Origin: an uncultured Candidatus Saccharibacteria bacterium
GTDB lineage: Bacteria; Patescibacteriota; Dojkabacteria; B142; OLB20
Reading direction: 5' to 3'
DNA length: 64,000 nt
Assembly (NCBI GenBank): GCA_964461915.1
Contig: CAYWVD010000001.1
Location: forward strand, 407,205 to 471,204
The notes under the pieces are model-generated. The model had not been told where the DNA came from. It worked only from the letters and a program-made list of their open reading frames with translations, and did no database searches. Numbering within the stretch: position 1 is the stretch's first letter; every line of letters begins with the position of its first letter. Positions 1 through 8,273 of the stretch are shown piece by piece. The translations under genes were made by a program, and so were the position numbers.

Positions 1-331
1 TGCGATGTAGACTCTAAAACAACATATTCAATCCCTTGATCAGACATCATTTTTAAATATTTTGGAACAGACCATGGATCAGGGGTCGTTACATGAAAAC
101 CTGTATCGATTTCACGTTCTCCAATTTTCGCCGAGATGGTCGAAATATATCCGACTTTAAATCCGTTTTCTTTTAAAATATGATATATCATTTGAGTTGT
201 TGTGGTTTTCCCATCAGTACCAGTAACACCAATCAGCTTAAGCTTTCGTTGGGGGAAAGCATAATAAATGTTTGCGCTAACTGATTGCAGTAAGTGTAGA
301 AAATTTAAAATTTTATTCAACAAGTTTCTCA
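1..331 (-). CDS. Mur ligase family protein, N-terminal part (gene runs off window start); P-loop intact
   Basis: Reverse translation gives MRNLLNKILNFLHLL...RKLKLIGVTGTDGKTTTTQMIYHILKENGFKVGYISTI...TTPDPW...EYVVLESTSH: a Mur-ligase central-domain P-loop (GxxGKTT) and the TTP/E..SSH motifs. ATG at 329-331 overlaps the 3' end of the sigma factor gene by ~19 nt. Which Mur ligase (murE/murF/murD/MurT-like) cannot be decided from this fragment. Confidence 0.7.
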
Positions 332-909
332 TTTTGTTTTCGTATAATTAAAGTTCCGAGTTTTTTGCGAATTCTATGAAGCTTTGTTCCGATATTGGTT
401 TCGGTCAATCCAGTGATCTCGGAGATCTTACTATTGCTCATTTCTTCAAAGAATTTATAATAGATCAAATATTGCTCATCCTCATCAAGTTCCTTAATTG
501 CATTGAATAAAGCCAAATCTTCTTCATCCTTTTCGATTTCCATTTCTGCGTTAGGAGCAGTGGACTCAACCAAATTCACAATGTCATCAAATGATTTATC
601 GTTTTTGTATTTGTTATGTTTTCGATAATAGTCAATCAAATGGTTCCTAGCTATGCGGTAGATCCAAGCCCCGATGCTAATCCCTTGCCATTTAAAGTCT
701 TCAATGGTCTTGTATACTTTTTCAAAGACTTCAGAAGTCAGATCTTCTGCAGTTTCTTTATTTGTAACCTTTTTTTGCAGAAAATCCAAGATCTTTGGGT
801 AAAAGACTTTGTATAAGTTATCGAAGTCAGTCTTTTTATACTTACTTTTATTAACTATCTTATCTATTTGTTTTTGACTAAAACCTTCGATGGTAGCCCT
901 ATTTAACAA
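313..909 (-). CDS. ECF-type sigma-70 family RNA polymerase sigma factor
   Basis: Region 2 (AEDLTSEVFEKVYK...WIYRIARNHLIDYYRK) and region 4.2 HTH (MSNSKISEITGLTETNIGTKLHRIRKKL). About 198 aa, typical ECF size. Confidence 0.8.
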   Translation of the reverse strand: MLNRATIEGFSQKQIDKIVNKSKYKKTDFDNLYKVFYPKILDFLQKKVTNKETAEDLTSEVFEKVYKTIEDFKWQGISIGAWIYRIARNHLIDYYRKHNKYKNDKSFDDIVNLVESTAPNAEMEIEKDEEDLALFNAIKELDEDEQYLIYYKFFEEMSNSKISEITGLTETNIGTKLHRIRKKLGTLIIRKQNEKLVE

Positions 910-1698
910 TTAAGATTCTTCCTCATCTAAAGCTCCTCTTATGTTTTTAACTAGTTTTAGAGGCATTTCAAACTTTAATAAAGAGTATAAGGCTTCCAGA
1001 AGGGGTATGCCTTTAACTATTGCCACGGATAATGCCGCTGCAATACTTTCATATTTTATCATAGGAATAAATTGGGTTTGGACTTCGTATTCCTTCCCCT
1101 GGTATTTCACAATAAGCCTGTGCTGTTCTGCAATTCTAAAAAATAGATCCGATTTTTTTTCATCTTTATCGCCAAAGACAAATATTTTTTCATAATCACC
1201 AATAATCTTTTTAACTTCTGAAATATCTTTACTATTAACAATTATTGAGCCTGAATCCTTTTTTGTATTTTTTAATAAATTTTCTAAAATTTTCAAGTCT
1301 TTATTAAAGTGGGTCACAATTAATATATCCGGAGTCACAAATGAAGACCAAAATTTGGCTGTATCGTCTTTGGTATAGTTCAAATTCAAGATAATACTTT
1401 GGGGGTTTGAGCCTCCAAATAATAATCTAAAGCTTGATCTAATTAAAAGTATGATCCAGCCTAAAACAGATCTTTTTTTATCTTCATAGCCTAAAATCGT
1501 AAGCGGAACGGTAAAATCCCACCATGGACTACCGATCATTTTTCGTACATTGTATTTTGAATGGAGTAGGGTATAAGTCAAATCTTTGACTATACTAGTG
1601 TCATACCAGCCAGTTACAACAATCATTTCCATCTTGTGTTTTTTGATGGCACGCTCGGATAAGCTTTTAAGTTGTTGCTTTAAAATGAGTCTAAACAT
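910..1698 (-). CDS. MurF-like Mur ligase central domain only, truncated, with degenerate catalytic motifs (pseudo-enzyme or decaying gene)
   Basis: MIVVTGWYDTSIVKDLTYTLL aligns with MurF VTGSNGKTSVKEMTAAIL (P-loop GKT replaced by YDT). IGSPWWDFTVPLTIL ~ MurF NNDIGVPMTLL. LIVTHFNKDL ~ ITNI..DHLD. FIPMIKYESIAAALSVAIVKG ~ LPGRHN..NALAAAA.A..G. Lacks N- and C-terminal Mur ligase domains (262 aa). Stop abuts the sigma start codon (no gap). Confidence 0.55.
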   Translation of the reverse strand: MFRLILKQQLKSLSERAIKKHKMEMIVVTGWYDTSIVKDLTYTLLHSKYNVRKMIGSPWWDFTVPLTILGYEDKKRSVLGWIILLIRSSFRLLFGGSNPQSIILNLNYTKDDTAKFWSSFVTPDILIVTHFNKDLKILENLLKNTKKDSGSIIVNSKDISEVKKIIGDYEKIFVFGDKDEKKSDLFFRIAEQHRLIVKYQGKEYEVQTQFIPMIKYESIAAALSVAIVKGIPLLEALYSLLKFEMPLKLVKNIRGALDEEES

Positions 1699-1714
1699 TA
1701 GATTTTGTGTAACT

Positions 1715-2998
1715 TTATAATTTTATAATATCGGCGCCTAATTTGCGATAATTTTCAACTAAGTCTGGATATCTTCGCATTAAGGAATCCTCCGAATCTT
1801 CAAGGATGGTAGTGCCTTCGGCTGAAAGAGCAGCCAAAAAGAGAGCCATAGTTGCTTGAATTATATTTGGAGCTATTAATTTAGCAGCCTTGTATTCCGT
1901 TGGTCCAAAAGTAATTATCCTTAAAGGGTCGGCCATTATTACCTTGGCCTTCATTTTTGCTAATTCTTCAACAAAGAAGAAAGCATATTCATAAAATGAA
2001 TTGTGAAAAATTATACTACCTTTAGCTTTTAACGCTGCCACTACTGCAACATGAACAAAATCTGGTGGCAAAAATGGCCAAGCAAATGCTTTTACATCTA
2101 ATATGTCTCCTCTAACAGTCAAGGCACATTCCATTTTTTGATTTCCATCGATAACAATATCTTTGTCGTTAATTTTCACTTTAATTCCAATCTTTTCAAA
2201 GAATTGAAAAATCATCTGCATATGTTCGGGAATAGCATTTTTAATTGTAATTTGACCCTTAGTCATTGCAGCGGCAGCAATGTATCCACCAATATCCAAA
2301 TGATCAGGGATAACAGTCCATTCAACACCGCTAAGCTTTTCCACACCCTCAATAGTCAATTTATTTGAACCGATTCCATAAATTTTTGCTCCCATAGCAT
2401 TTAACATATTGCACAAATCCTGTGTATGCGGCTCGGATGCAGCATTATATATTTCAGTAATACCTTTGGTAAGCACAGCAAGCATTATTGTATTTTCAGT
2501 ACCGGTTACCGATGGAAACCATGACCAAATTTTAGTAGCATACAATTTATCAGCCTCAAGATAATATCCTTTTTCTCTAATATATTTTGCACCCATCTGA
2601 ACCATATTATCAATAAAGGCGTCTAGTGGTCTTGTCCCTAATTTACATCCGCCCGGCATGGGCATATGAGCTTTTTTAAACCTAACTAATAATGGGCCCA
2701 TAAACATTACTGAAGCTTTAGCTTTTTGTGAAAGGGCAGGATCCATCTCATAAGAATTCAAGTCTTTTGCAATTATTTTGACTGTACTTCCTCCATCCAG
2801 GTAAGAAATTTTTCCCCCCAATTGCTTTACAATTTTTAGCATCAAACGGACATCTGAACTTTTAGGGACATTTCTGATAATCACAGGCTCATCCGTTAAT
2901 AATGCAGCGGGGATTAGCTTTAAGATTGAATTCTTATTTGGTACAGGTTCAATAACACCCTTTAATGGTTTACCACCAACTATTTTGTATGTAGCCAT
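1715..2998 (-). CDS. murA: UDP-N-acetylglucosamine 1-carboxyvinyltransferase
   Basis: MATYKIVGGKPLKGVIEPVPNKNS...PVIIRNVP..SDV; catalytic Cys in GGCKLGTRPLD; full-length EPSP-synthase fold, 427 aa. Confidence 0.9.
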   Translation of the reverse strand: MATYKIVGGKPLKGVIEPVPNKNSILKLIPAALLTDEPVIIRNVPKSSDVRLMLKIVKQLGGKISYLDGGSTVKIIAKDLNSYEMDPALSQKAKASVMFMGPLLVRFKKAHMPMPGGCKLGTRPLDAFIDNMVQMGAKYIREKGYYLEADKLYATKIWSWFPSVTGTENTIMLAVLTKGITEIYNAASEPHTQDLCNMLNAMGAKIYGIGSNKLTIEGVEKLSGVEWTVIPDHLDIGGYIAAAAMTKGQITIKNAIPEHMQMIFQFFEKIGIKVKINDKDIVIDGNQKMECALTVRGDILDVKAFAWPFLPPDFVHVAVVAALKAKGSIIFHNSFYEYAFFFVEELAKMKAKVIMADPLRIITFGPTEYKAAKLIAPNIIQATMALFLAALSAEGTTILEDSEDSLMRRYPDLVENYRKLGADIIKL

Positions 2999-3046
2999 TT
3001 TTAAAATTTTTTTAAAAAGTTAATTATATTAAACGAAATTTTCTTT

Positions 3047-4870
3047 TTAATATGACGGAACTTTAAGATAATCTTTGATTGCCATAAAAGTATCAAGCCA
3101 AAGGATACGGGCATTATATGAAGAAAGTTCTCCAACTTGCGGTTTTTCTAGTTTCAATAACATCACAAAAGTCTTTTCAGGCGAAGCATCAAATCCCATA
3201 AATGTTGCATTGATCTCACTTGAATAACCGGCTCTATCGGTATATGGGATAAGAGCAGTCCCGGATTTTAATCCTATATCATATTTTGCTAATCCTTTAT
3301 ATTTTTTTTCTATCAATTGATTTAAATAGACTTTATGCATAAGGGCTTGCATTGTTTCCGCAGTTTCAGTTTTGATTGGCTTTGCTATAACCTTGGGATT
3401 AAAAACAGTAGAGTTACCATTAGCATCAACAACTTTTTCAACAATATATGGTTGCATTCTGTATCCATCATTGACTATTGCTCCATATCCTGTAATTGCT
3501 TCTAATGGAGTCATAGAGTAACCATGTCCATAAGAATATACTGCCTGATCAGCATAATTCCATTTAGTATAGTCTTTTAGATTTGCATAAGATTCATCTG
3601 GCAAATCGATCCTAGTGGGTTCACCAGCTCCGAATCCTTTTAGATATGAGTAAAATTCTTTATAAGACATTGTTAATGCAATGTGTCTAAATGCAATGTT
3701 ATCGGAACCTGTTAAAGCCCCTGTTACATCAATTAAATTTGTAACTCTCTTCCTGTTGTATGTACAAATACAGTCAACAATTTTGCCCGTATCTTTATTG
3801 CTTTCGGGGTTCCTGCAATTATAGTTGGGAACAGGATCAGGACTTATAATTTCGCATCCATCATGTCCATTTGGTAAAAGAACAGTATCCGGCGTAATCC
3901 GCCCTAAATCTAATGCCGATGCTAAAGTAAAAGCCTTAGCTACTGAGCCTATTTCATATGGTGTTGATATTGATTTGTTCCCAAATGCCTCGAAATCTTC
4001 AACTTCATAATATTTATTTGGATCATAATTTGGATAGTTACCCATAGCCAAAATGGCCCCGGTTTTAGGATCCATAATTATTCCCGTAACAGAAGTGGTT
4101 TGGAATTGAATATATCCTTCTTGGAGTTTTTGTTCGAGAATTGCCTGTAAAGTTTTATCGATTGTTGTATAAACTGTCGATCCTTGTTGAGATTCAACAT
4201 AATCAGAATCTGACACAGTAATAGGATTCCCAAAACTATCAAACTCGGATGAAGCCATACCTTCAATGGGCTTTAAAGTTCCATCCCAATATTGTTCGAT
4301 TCCCCAAACACCCTTTGCTTCTTCATCATAAAGCCCAACATATCCTAGTAATTGGCTTGCCATTCTGCCTTCCGGATAGACTCTTCTGTTTACATATTCA
4401 AATTGGATTCCGGAAATATATTTTCCAGAGATATCACTTTTCAAATCTAAAAGGGCATTTTTAGCTTCTAAAGATATTTTAGTCCCAATTTTTATCCATA
4501 ACGCTTTTGACTCGAATTTTGCTTTTAACTCTTCTTCTGGGATTTCAAGTATAGTACTCACTTTTGAATAGAATTCGTTCCTAGTTTGATCGCCACGACT
4601 TTCCGCGGATTGAATCTCTGGCAACCAAATGAACACATTGTATCTCGGTTCCGAGAAGGCTAGGGTAGAGCCATCTTTCGCAAGTATACTCCCACGAATA
4701 GATGGTAATTTAATATCCTTGTACCTTTCATTAGCAATGGCAACATATTTTTCACTATCGAAGATTTGCCAGTTGGCACTTAAGGCCACAATGGCTAGAG
4801 CTAAAACTATGAATAATATTCGAACTATTTTTACCTTTTTCTTTTGTATCTCATTAATTGCTAAGTCCAT
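3047..4870 (-). CDS. ftsI: Class B penicillin-binding protein / FtsI-type peptidoglycan transpeptidase
   Basis: N-terminal TM helix, PBP dimerisation region, transpeptidase motifs SVAK (SxxK), SDN (SxN), KSGT (KTG); follows ftsL in the dcw cluster. Confidence 0.85.
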   Translation of the reverse strand: MDLAINEIQKKKVKIVRILFIVLALAIVALSANWQIFDSEKYVAIANERYKDIKLPSIRGSILAKDGSTLAFSEPRYNVFIWLPEIQSAESRGDQTRNEFYSKVSTILEIPEEELKAKFESKALWIKIGTKISLEAKNALLDLKSDISGKYISGIQFEYVNRRVYPEGRMASQLLGYVGLYDEEAKGVWGIEQYWDGTLKPIEGMASSEFDSFGNPITVSDSDYVESQQGSTVYTTIDKTLQAILEQKLQEGYIQFQTTSVTGIIMDPKTGAILAMGNYPNYDPNKYYEVEDFEAFGNKSISTPYEIGSVAKAFTLASALDLGRITPDTVLLPNGHDGCEIISPDPVPNYNCRNPESNKDTGKIVDCICTYNRKRVTNLIDVTGALTGSDNIAFRHIALTMSYKEFYSYLKGFGAGEPTRIDLPDESYANLKDYTKWNYADQAVYSYGHGYSMTPLEAITGYGAIVNDGYRMQPYIVEKVVDANGNSTVFNPKVIAKPIKTETAETMQALMHKVYLNQLIEKKYKGLAKYDIGLKSGTALIPYTDRAGYSSEINATFMGFDASPEKTFVMLLKLEKPQVGELSSYNARILWLDTFMAIKDYLKVPSY

Positions 4871-4890
4871 GCTCCTAATCCAATGTAAGT

Positions 4891-5178
4891 TTAATCCATT
4901 GCAGAAATATTTAGTTCATCAGGATTCAAAAAAACAATATTCTTTTGTTGTAAATTTTTATCTTCTGATAACCCTTCTAAAACGACTTTATTTGAACGAA
5001 GTTCCAGTATTTGAGCCTTAAGGATTTCATTTTCAACCTTTAATTGATTTTGTTGGCTTCGGATATCACTTAATTGTTGTCCATTTGTACCAACAGTAGA
5101 GAGTATGAATAATTGTGAAGATACAGCGATTACTAGGAGTAATCCAATTGTAATAAACCAGATATTAAATTTTTTCAT
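4891..5178 (-). CDS. ftsL: FtsL/DivIC-like cell division protein (N-terminal TM + coiled coil)
   Basis: 95 aa; N-terminal TM (IWFITIGLLLVIAVSSQLFIL) followed by coiled coil (QNQLKVENEILKAQILELRSN); located between rsmH and ftsI, the canonical ftsL position. Confidence 0.6.
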   Translation of the reverse strand: MKKFNIWFITIGLLLVIAVSSQLFILSTVGTNGQQLSDIRSQQNQLKVENEILKAQILELRSNKVVLEGLSEDKNLQQKNIVFLNPDELNISAMD

Positions 5179-5189
5179 ATGGCAGTATT

Positions 5190-6116
5190 TTAAATTTTAC
5201 TTATAGCCCTTAATTTTGCGCTATGACTTTTGGAGTTATGTGCAATCTCCGTCACGCTAGGCTTAAGTAATTTAGTTAAATAGTTAATTTTATTAGTGCT
5301 TTCTAAATTATTAAAAAATTCTTTGACAATTCTATCTTCACCGGAATGGAAGCTAATGATGACCATCCTACCTCCCGGGGCCAGTGCTTCGAAAGCCTGG
5401 GGCAGCAATTGCTTTAGATTGTATAATTCGTGATTAACAGCAATTCGCAAGGCTTGAAACACTTTGGCCTCAGGATGCTTATTTGTACCTGTGCGCGATT
5501 TGAAAGGTACAATTTTCTGAATAATTTCCCTTAGCTTAGTAGTTGTGTTTATAGGACTTTCTAATCTTGTTTGTATAATTTCTTTACTGAGTCTTTTTGC
5601 AAAAAAAACATCTCCAAGCTCGAAAAACAATTTTTCTAATTCATTTTGATATAAGCCATTGAGTAAATCAGAGGCTTTAACGGTCAAACCTTTTTCCATC
5701 CTCATATCTAGCTCTGCATCTTCTAAATAGCTTATTCCTAAGCCACTTTTATATTGATCCGTTGCTAGACCAAGATCAGCTAAAACTCCATCGATTTTTT
5801 CGATCTTATGGATTTTTAAAACTTCTTCAAGTTCAGAAAAGTTCCTATTTGATAGAATTATTGTTAAAGAGCTGTCGCTTTTTACAAAGTCCCCATCTAC
5901 TCCCTTAAACTCTCCAAACAATTCCTTTGCATTTTCAATTGATTTTGAATCTTTATCTAACCCTATTAATATTCCTTTATTATTTAATTTGTTTAAAATT
6001 TCTTTAAAGTGTCCTGCACCACCCAAAGTAACATCGACTATGACTTTTCCCTCACTTACCCCCAACAATTCTATTGCCTCTGATAGCATTACTGGCACAT
6101 GTTTGTATTCATTCAT
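5190..6116 (-). CDS. rsmH: 16S rRNA (cytosine1402-N4)-methyltransferase
   Basis: N-terminus HVPVMLSEAIELL...VIVDVTLGGAGH typical of RsmH/MraW; position after mraZ. Confidence 0.9.
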   Translation of the reverse strand: MNEYKHVPVMLSEAIELLGVSEGKVIVDVTLGGAGHFKEILNKLNNKGILIGLDKDSKSIENAKELFGEFKGVDGDFVKSDSSLTIILSNRNFSELEEVLKIHKIEKIDGVLADLGLATDQYKSGLGISYLEDAELDMRMEKGLTVKASDLLNGLYQNELEKLFFELGDVFFAKRLSKEIIQTRLESPINTTTKLREIIQKIVPFKSRTGTNKHPEAKVFQALRIAVNHELYNLKQLLPQAFEALAPGGRMVIISFHSGEDRIVKEFFNNLESTNKINYLTKLLKPSVTEIAHNSKSHSAKLRAISKI

Positions 6117-6118
6117 TT

Positions 6119-6544
6119 CTATTTACTTAATAATTGTTCAGCAAGATCAGGCGCAGTTTTAATGATCTCAGCCAATTTGTTTTCCCATGAACTTTTATCC
6201 CAAATCTCCACCCAATCCTTAATTGCAATAAAAACGACATCCGATTTTATTTGCGCATAGGTCAAAAGACTATTTGGTAGAACAAACCTTCCTTGGGAAT
6301 CTAATTCCAGCTCAAAGGCGCCACCAAAAATAAATCTTTTTGTATCTCGAAGACTTAGAGATAAAATCGATTTCTCATTTATTAAATTTTCAAATGACGA
6401 CCATCCGGCCTTATCCATTAACAAGAGACAACCTTCGTAACCCCTCGACAAAAATAATCCGTCTTTTAACTCGTCTCTAATTTTTTTTGGTATGGCTAAT
6501 CGATTTTTATCGGTTAACCTACCATCGAATTCACCTATCAACAT
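6119..6544 (-). CDS. mraZ: Transcriptional regulator MraZ
   Basis: MLIGEFDGRLTDKNRLAIPKKIRDEL matches the MraZ N-terminus (MFxG...D.KGR..IP...R). The ORF-track start at 6622 adds 26 non-conserved residues; the internal Met at ~6544 is the likely start. Two SpoVT/AbrB-like halves. Confidence 0.85.
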   Translation of the reverse strand: MLIGEFDGRLTDKNRLAIPKKIRDELKDGLFLSRGYEGCLLLMDKAGWSSFENLINEKSILSLSLRDTKRFIFGGAFELELDSQGRFVLPNSLLTYAQIKSDVVFIAIKDWVEIWDKSSWENKLAEIIKTAPDLAEQLLSK

Positions 6545-6659
6545 GGTGGGAAATATGATGATGTAGAAGTTTTGAAGCAGTGTAGAACTTGTAGCAAAAA
6601 TACTTAATAGTGCAGGATCCAAAAATAATTATGTTTATTTTTGGTTTTGTATTTAGTTT

Positions 6660-6685
6660 CACCATACTTCACCACCTGTCACCAC
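6660..6685 (-). promoter_or_regulatory. Putative MraZ operator: three direct repeats GTGGTG/GTGGTG/TGGTG (minus strand) at exact 10-bp phasing upstream of mraZ
   Basis: Plus strand reads CACCAtacttCACCAcctgtCACCAc (6660-6685). On the mraZ strand this is GTGGTGacagGTGGTGaagtaTGGTG, matching the known MraZ-box architecture (GTGG-type repeats with 10-nt spacing). Confidence 0.6.
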
Positions 6686-6839
6686 TATAAAACATTTAAA
6701 AAATAAAAACAACTATCTAAAACAGAAAAATTCCCCGAAACTTTCCCGAAAATACCCTCGAAAAACCTCAGAAGCCATTTTATTGTCTATTAATGGGCAC
6801 ATCTGATACAATCCATATATATTAGTTAAAGATTTAAAT

Positions 6840-8273
6840 ATGTCTATCTATACAAAACTAATTGCCTTCTTCGGGATTCTCATCGCAATTTTTTCACTTT
6901 TAATCGGAATCTTTGCCTATCGATATGCGACTGATGTCACATCTTGGCAAATCCGAGACAACACAATTACGGAAAAAGATTTCTCTGACGATCTTAAGGT
7001 CAAGTTAGTACTAGAAAATGGCCAAACAATTAATGCAAATATTGTAAAACCCGACACGGTAATAATGGGCAACATAAAGGGGATTAATACCACAGAAGAT
7101 GGATATGTGAGAATTATCACCAAGGACAATGAACTCGTTTTCGATCCTATGAGTATAATTTTAACTGATGATAATTTTAAAGACGATTCAATCACAGGAT
7201 CAAAAATTAAAGACAATTCTCTAAATGGCTTGGATATAATCGACTACACAATACAAACAACAGATCTTGCTGATTCAAGTATAAATTCACAAAAGATCCA
7301 AGATGGATCACTTGGATTAAACGATGTAAATTTCAAAGTGTTAAGTTCCATTAATGGGATTGTTAGAAATGGTCAAAACATTGATATCATTGGATCAAAC
7401 GGTATCGATGTCATTAACGACTATCAAAATGGGAAAATATTTCTCAATTTAAAATCCCAAATTATCCCTGGGACTTTTACCAATGCAGACACCCTTGATA
7501 ATTTAGATAGCACTTACTTTTTAGACCTCGGTAATATTCAAAAAGGTACTCTGCAAGATCAATTCTATTCTGCTTATTCAGATTTATTTGTAGAAGGGAA
7601 GCTAAATTACGATGCAGATGGCGACCTTATTACTAAGGCAATGTTGGAAAATTACAATCTTTCATTCAAAGAAGCAATTGTTAGAAATAACTTGACTGTT
7701 AAAGGCGACTTAACTGTTGATGGAGACCTATTATTCTCCGGTGCAATCGGATATAACAATTTAATCTTGAGCCCAAAGAGCGGTGAATTTGCCATTCAAG
7801 TCGTCAAAGATTCTGTAAATCAATTTACAATCGATTCACTTGGAAACTTAGTCGCAAATGGAAACATTAATTTAAAGGGGACTTTAGAAACTGCGAATTT
7901 TAAAGATTTAGATGCCACACTCATCAATGCTTTAAATCAGATGGATGCGCAAGATAGAAAAATCAATGATATATCAAAAAAATTGTCTGATTTATCCGAG
8001 ATTGTCCGAGACAATGAATCTAACACCATTTCGGGTAGCGTAAACTGCTTGCCTACTTCGGCAGACATTGAAGAAAGATGCGAAGTTAACGCACCTCAAA
8101 ACAGGACATTTAAATCCATTGTATTTTCGGCACAAAACTCATATAGACCCGTATTTGGATATTTAAAAAAGACACCATTCGGAGAAAATTCTGCTGAGGT
8201 ATTCATTTATTCAGCCACTGGAGTACCAACATATCACACGAAACTATTCTATGTGGCTACTTTGAACGATTAG
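6840..8273 (+). CDS. Membrane-anchored surface protein with phage-tail-fibre-like repeats (hypothetical)
   Basis: N-terminal TM (LIAFFGILIAIFSLLIGIFAY), then degenerate repeats DDSITGSKIKDNSLNGLDI / DSSINSQKIQDGSLGLNDV (I..SKI.DgSL motif), beta-rich G/N/D-rich segments (NLTVKGDLTVDGDLLFSGAIGY), a C-terminal coiled coil and CxxxxxxxxC. Possible extended -10 TGATACAAT at ~6799-6807. Confidence 0.5.
   Translation: MSIYTKLIAFFGILIAIFSLLIGIFAYRYATDVTSWQIRDNTITEKDFSDDLKVKLVLENGQTINANIVKPDTVIMGNIKGINTTEDGYVRIITKDNELVFDPMSIILTDDNFKDDSITGSKIKDNSLNGLDIIDYTIQTTDLADSSINSQKIQDGSLGLNDVNFKVLSSINGIVRNGQNIDIIGSNGIDVINDYQNGKIFLNLKSQIIPGTFTNADTLDNLDSTYFLDLGNIQKGTLQDQFYSAYSDLFVEGKLNYDADGDLITKAMLENYNLSFKEAIVRNNLTVKGDLTVDGDLLFSGAIGYNNLILSPKSGEFAIQVVKDSVNQFTIDSLGNLVANGNINLKGTLETANFKDLDATLINALNQMDAQDRKINDISKKLSDLSEIVRDNESNTISGSVNCLPTSADIEERCEVNAPQNRTFKSIVFSAQNSYRPVFGYLKKTPFGENSAEVFIYSATGVPTYHTKLFYVATLND

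Noticed and set aside
616-816. 66-aa plus-strand ORF inside the sigma factor gene (and similar antisense ORFs 941-1195, 2138-2368, 3825-4010, 4249-4464, 4629-5021, 6917-7216, 8414-8746, 9464-9649, 10223-10447, 11929-12198, 12350-12601, 12920-13313, 13630-14016)
   Set aside because: Each lies entirely within, and antisense or out of frame to, a long well-supported gene. Low-complexity, AT-rich-codon translations with no motifs. Typical spurious ORFs of AT-rich DNA.
6840-8273. Prophage or tail-fibre operon remnant
   Set aside because: Only a single tail-fibre-like gene. Flanked by mraZ and dnaE, with no integrase, capsid, terminase or att-like repeats. Treated as a cellular surface protein.
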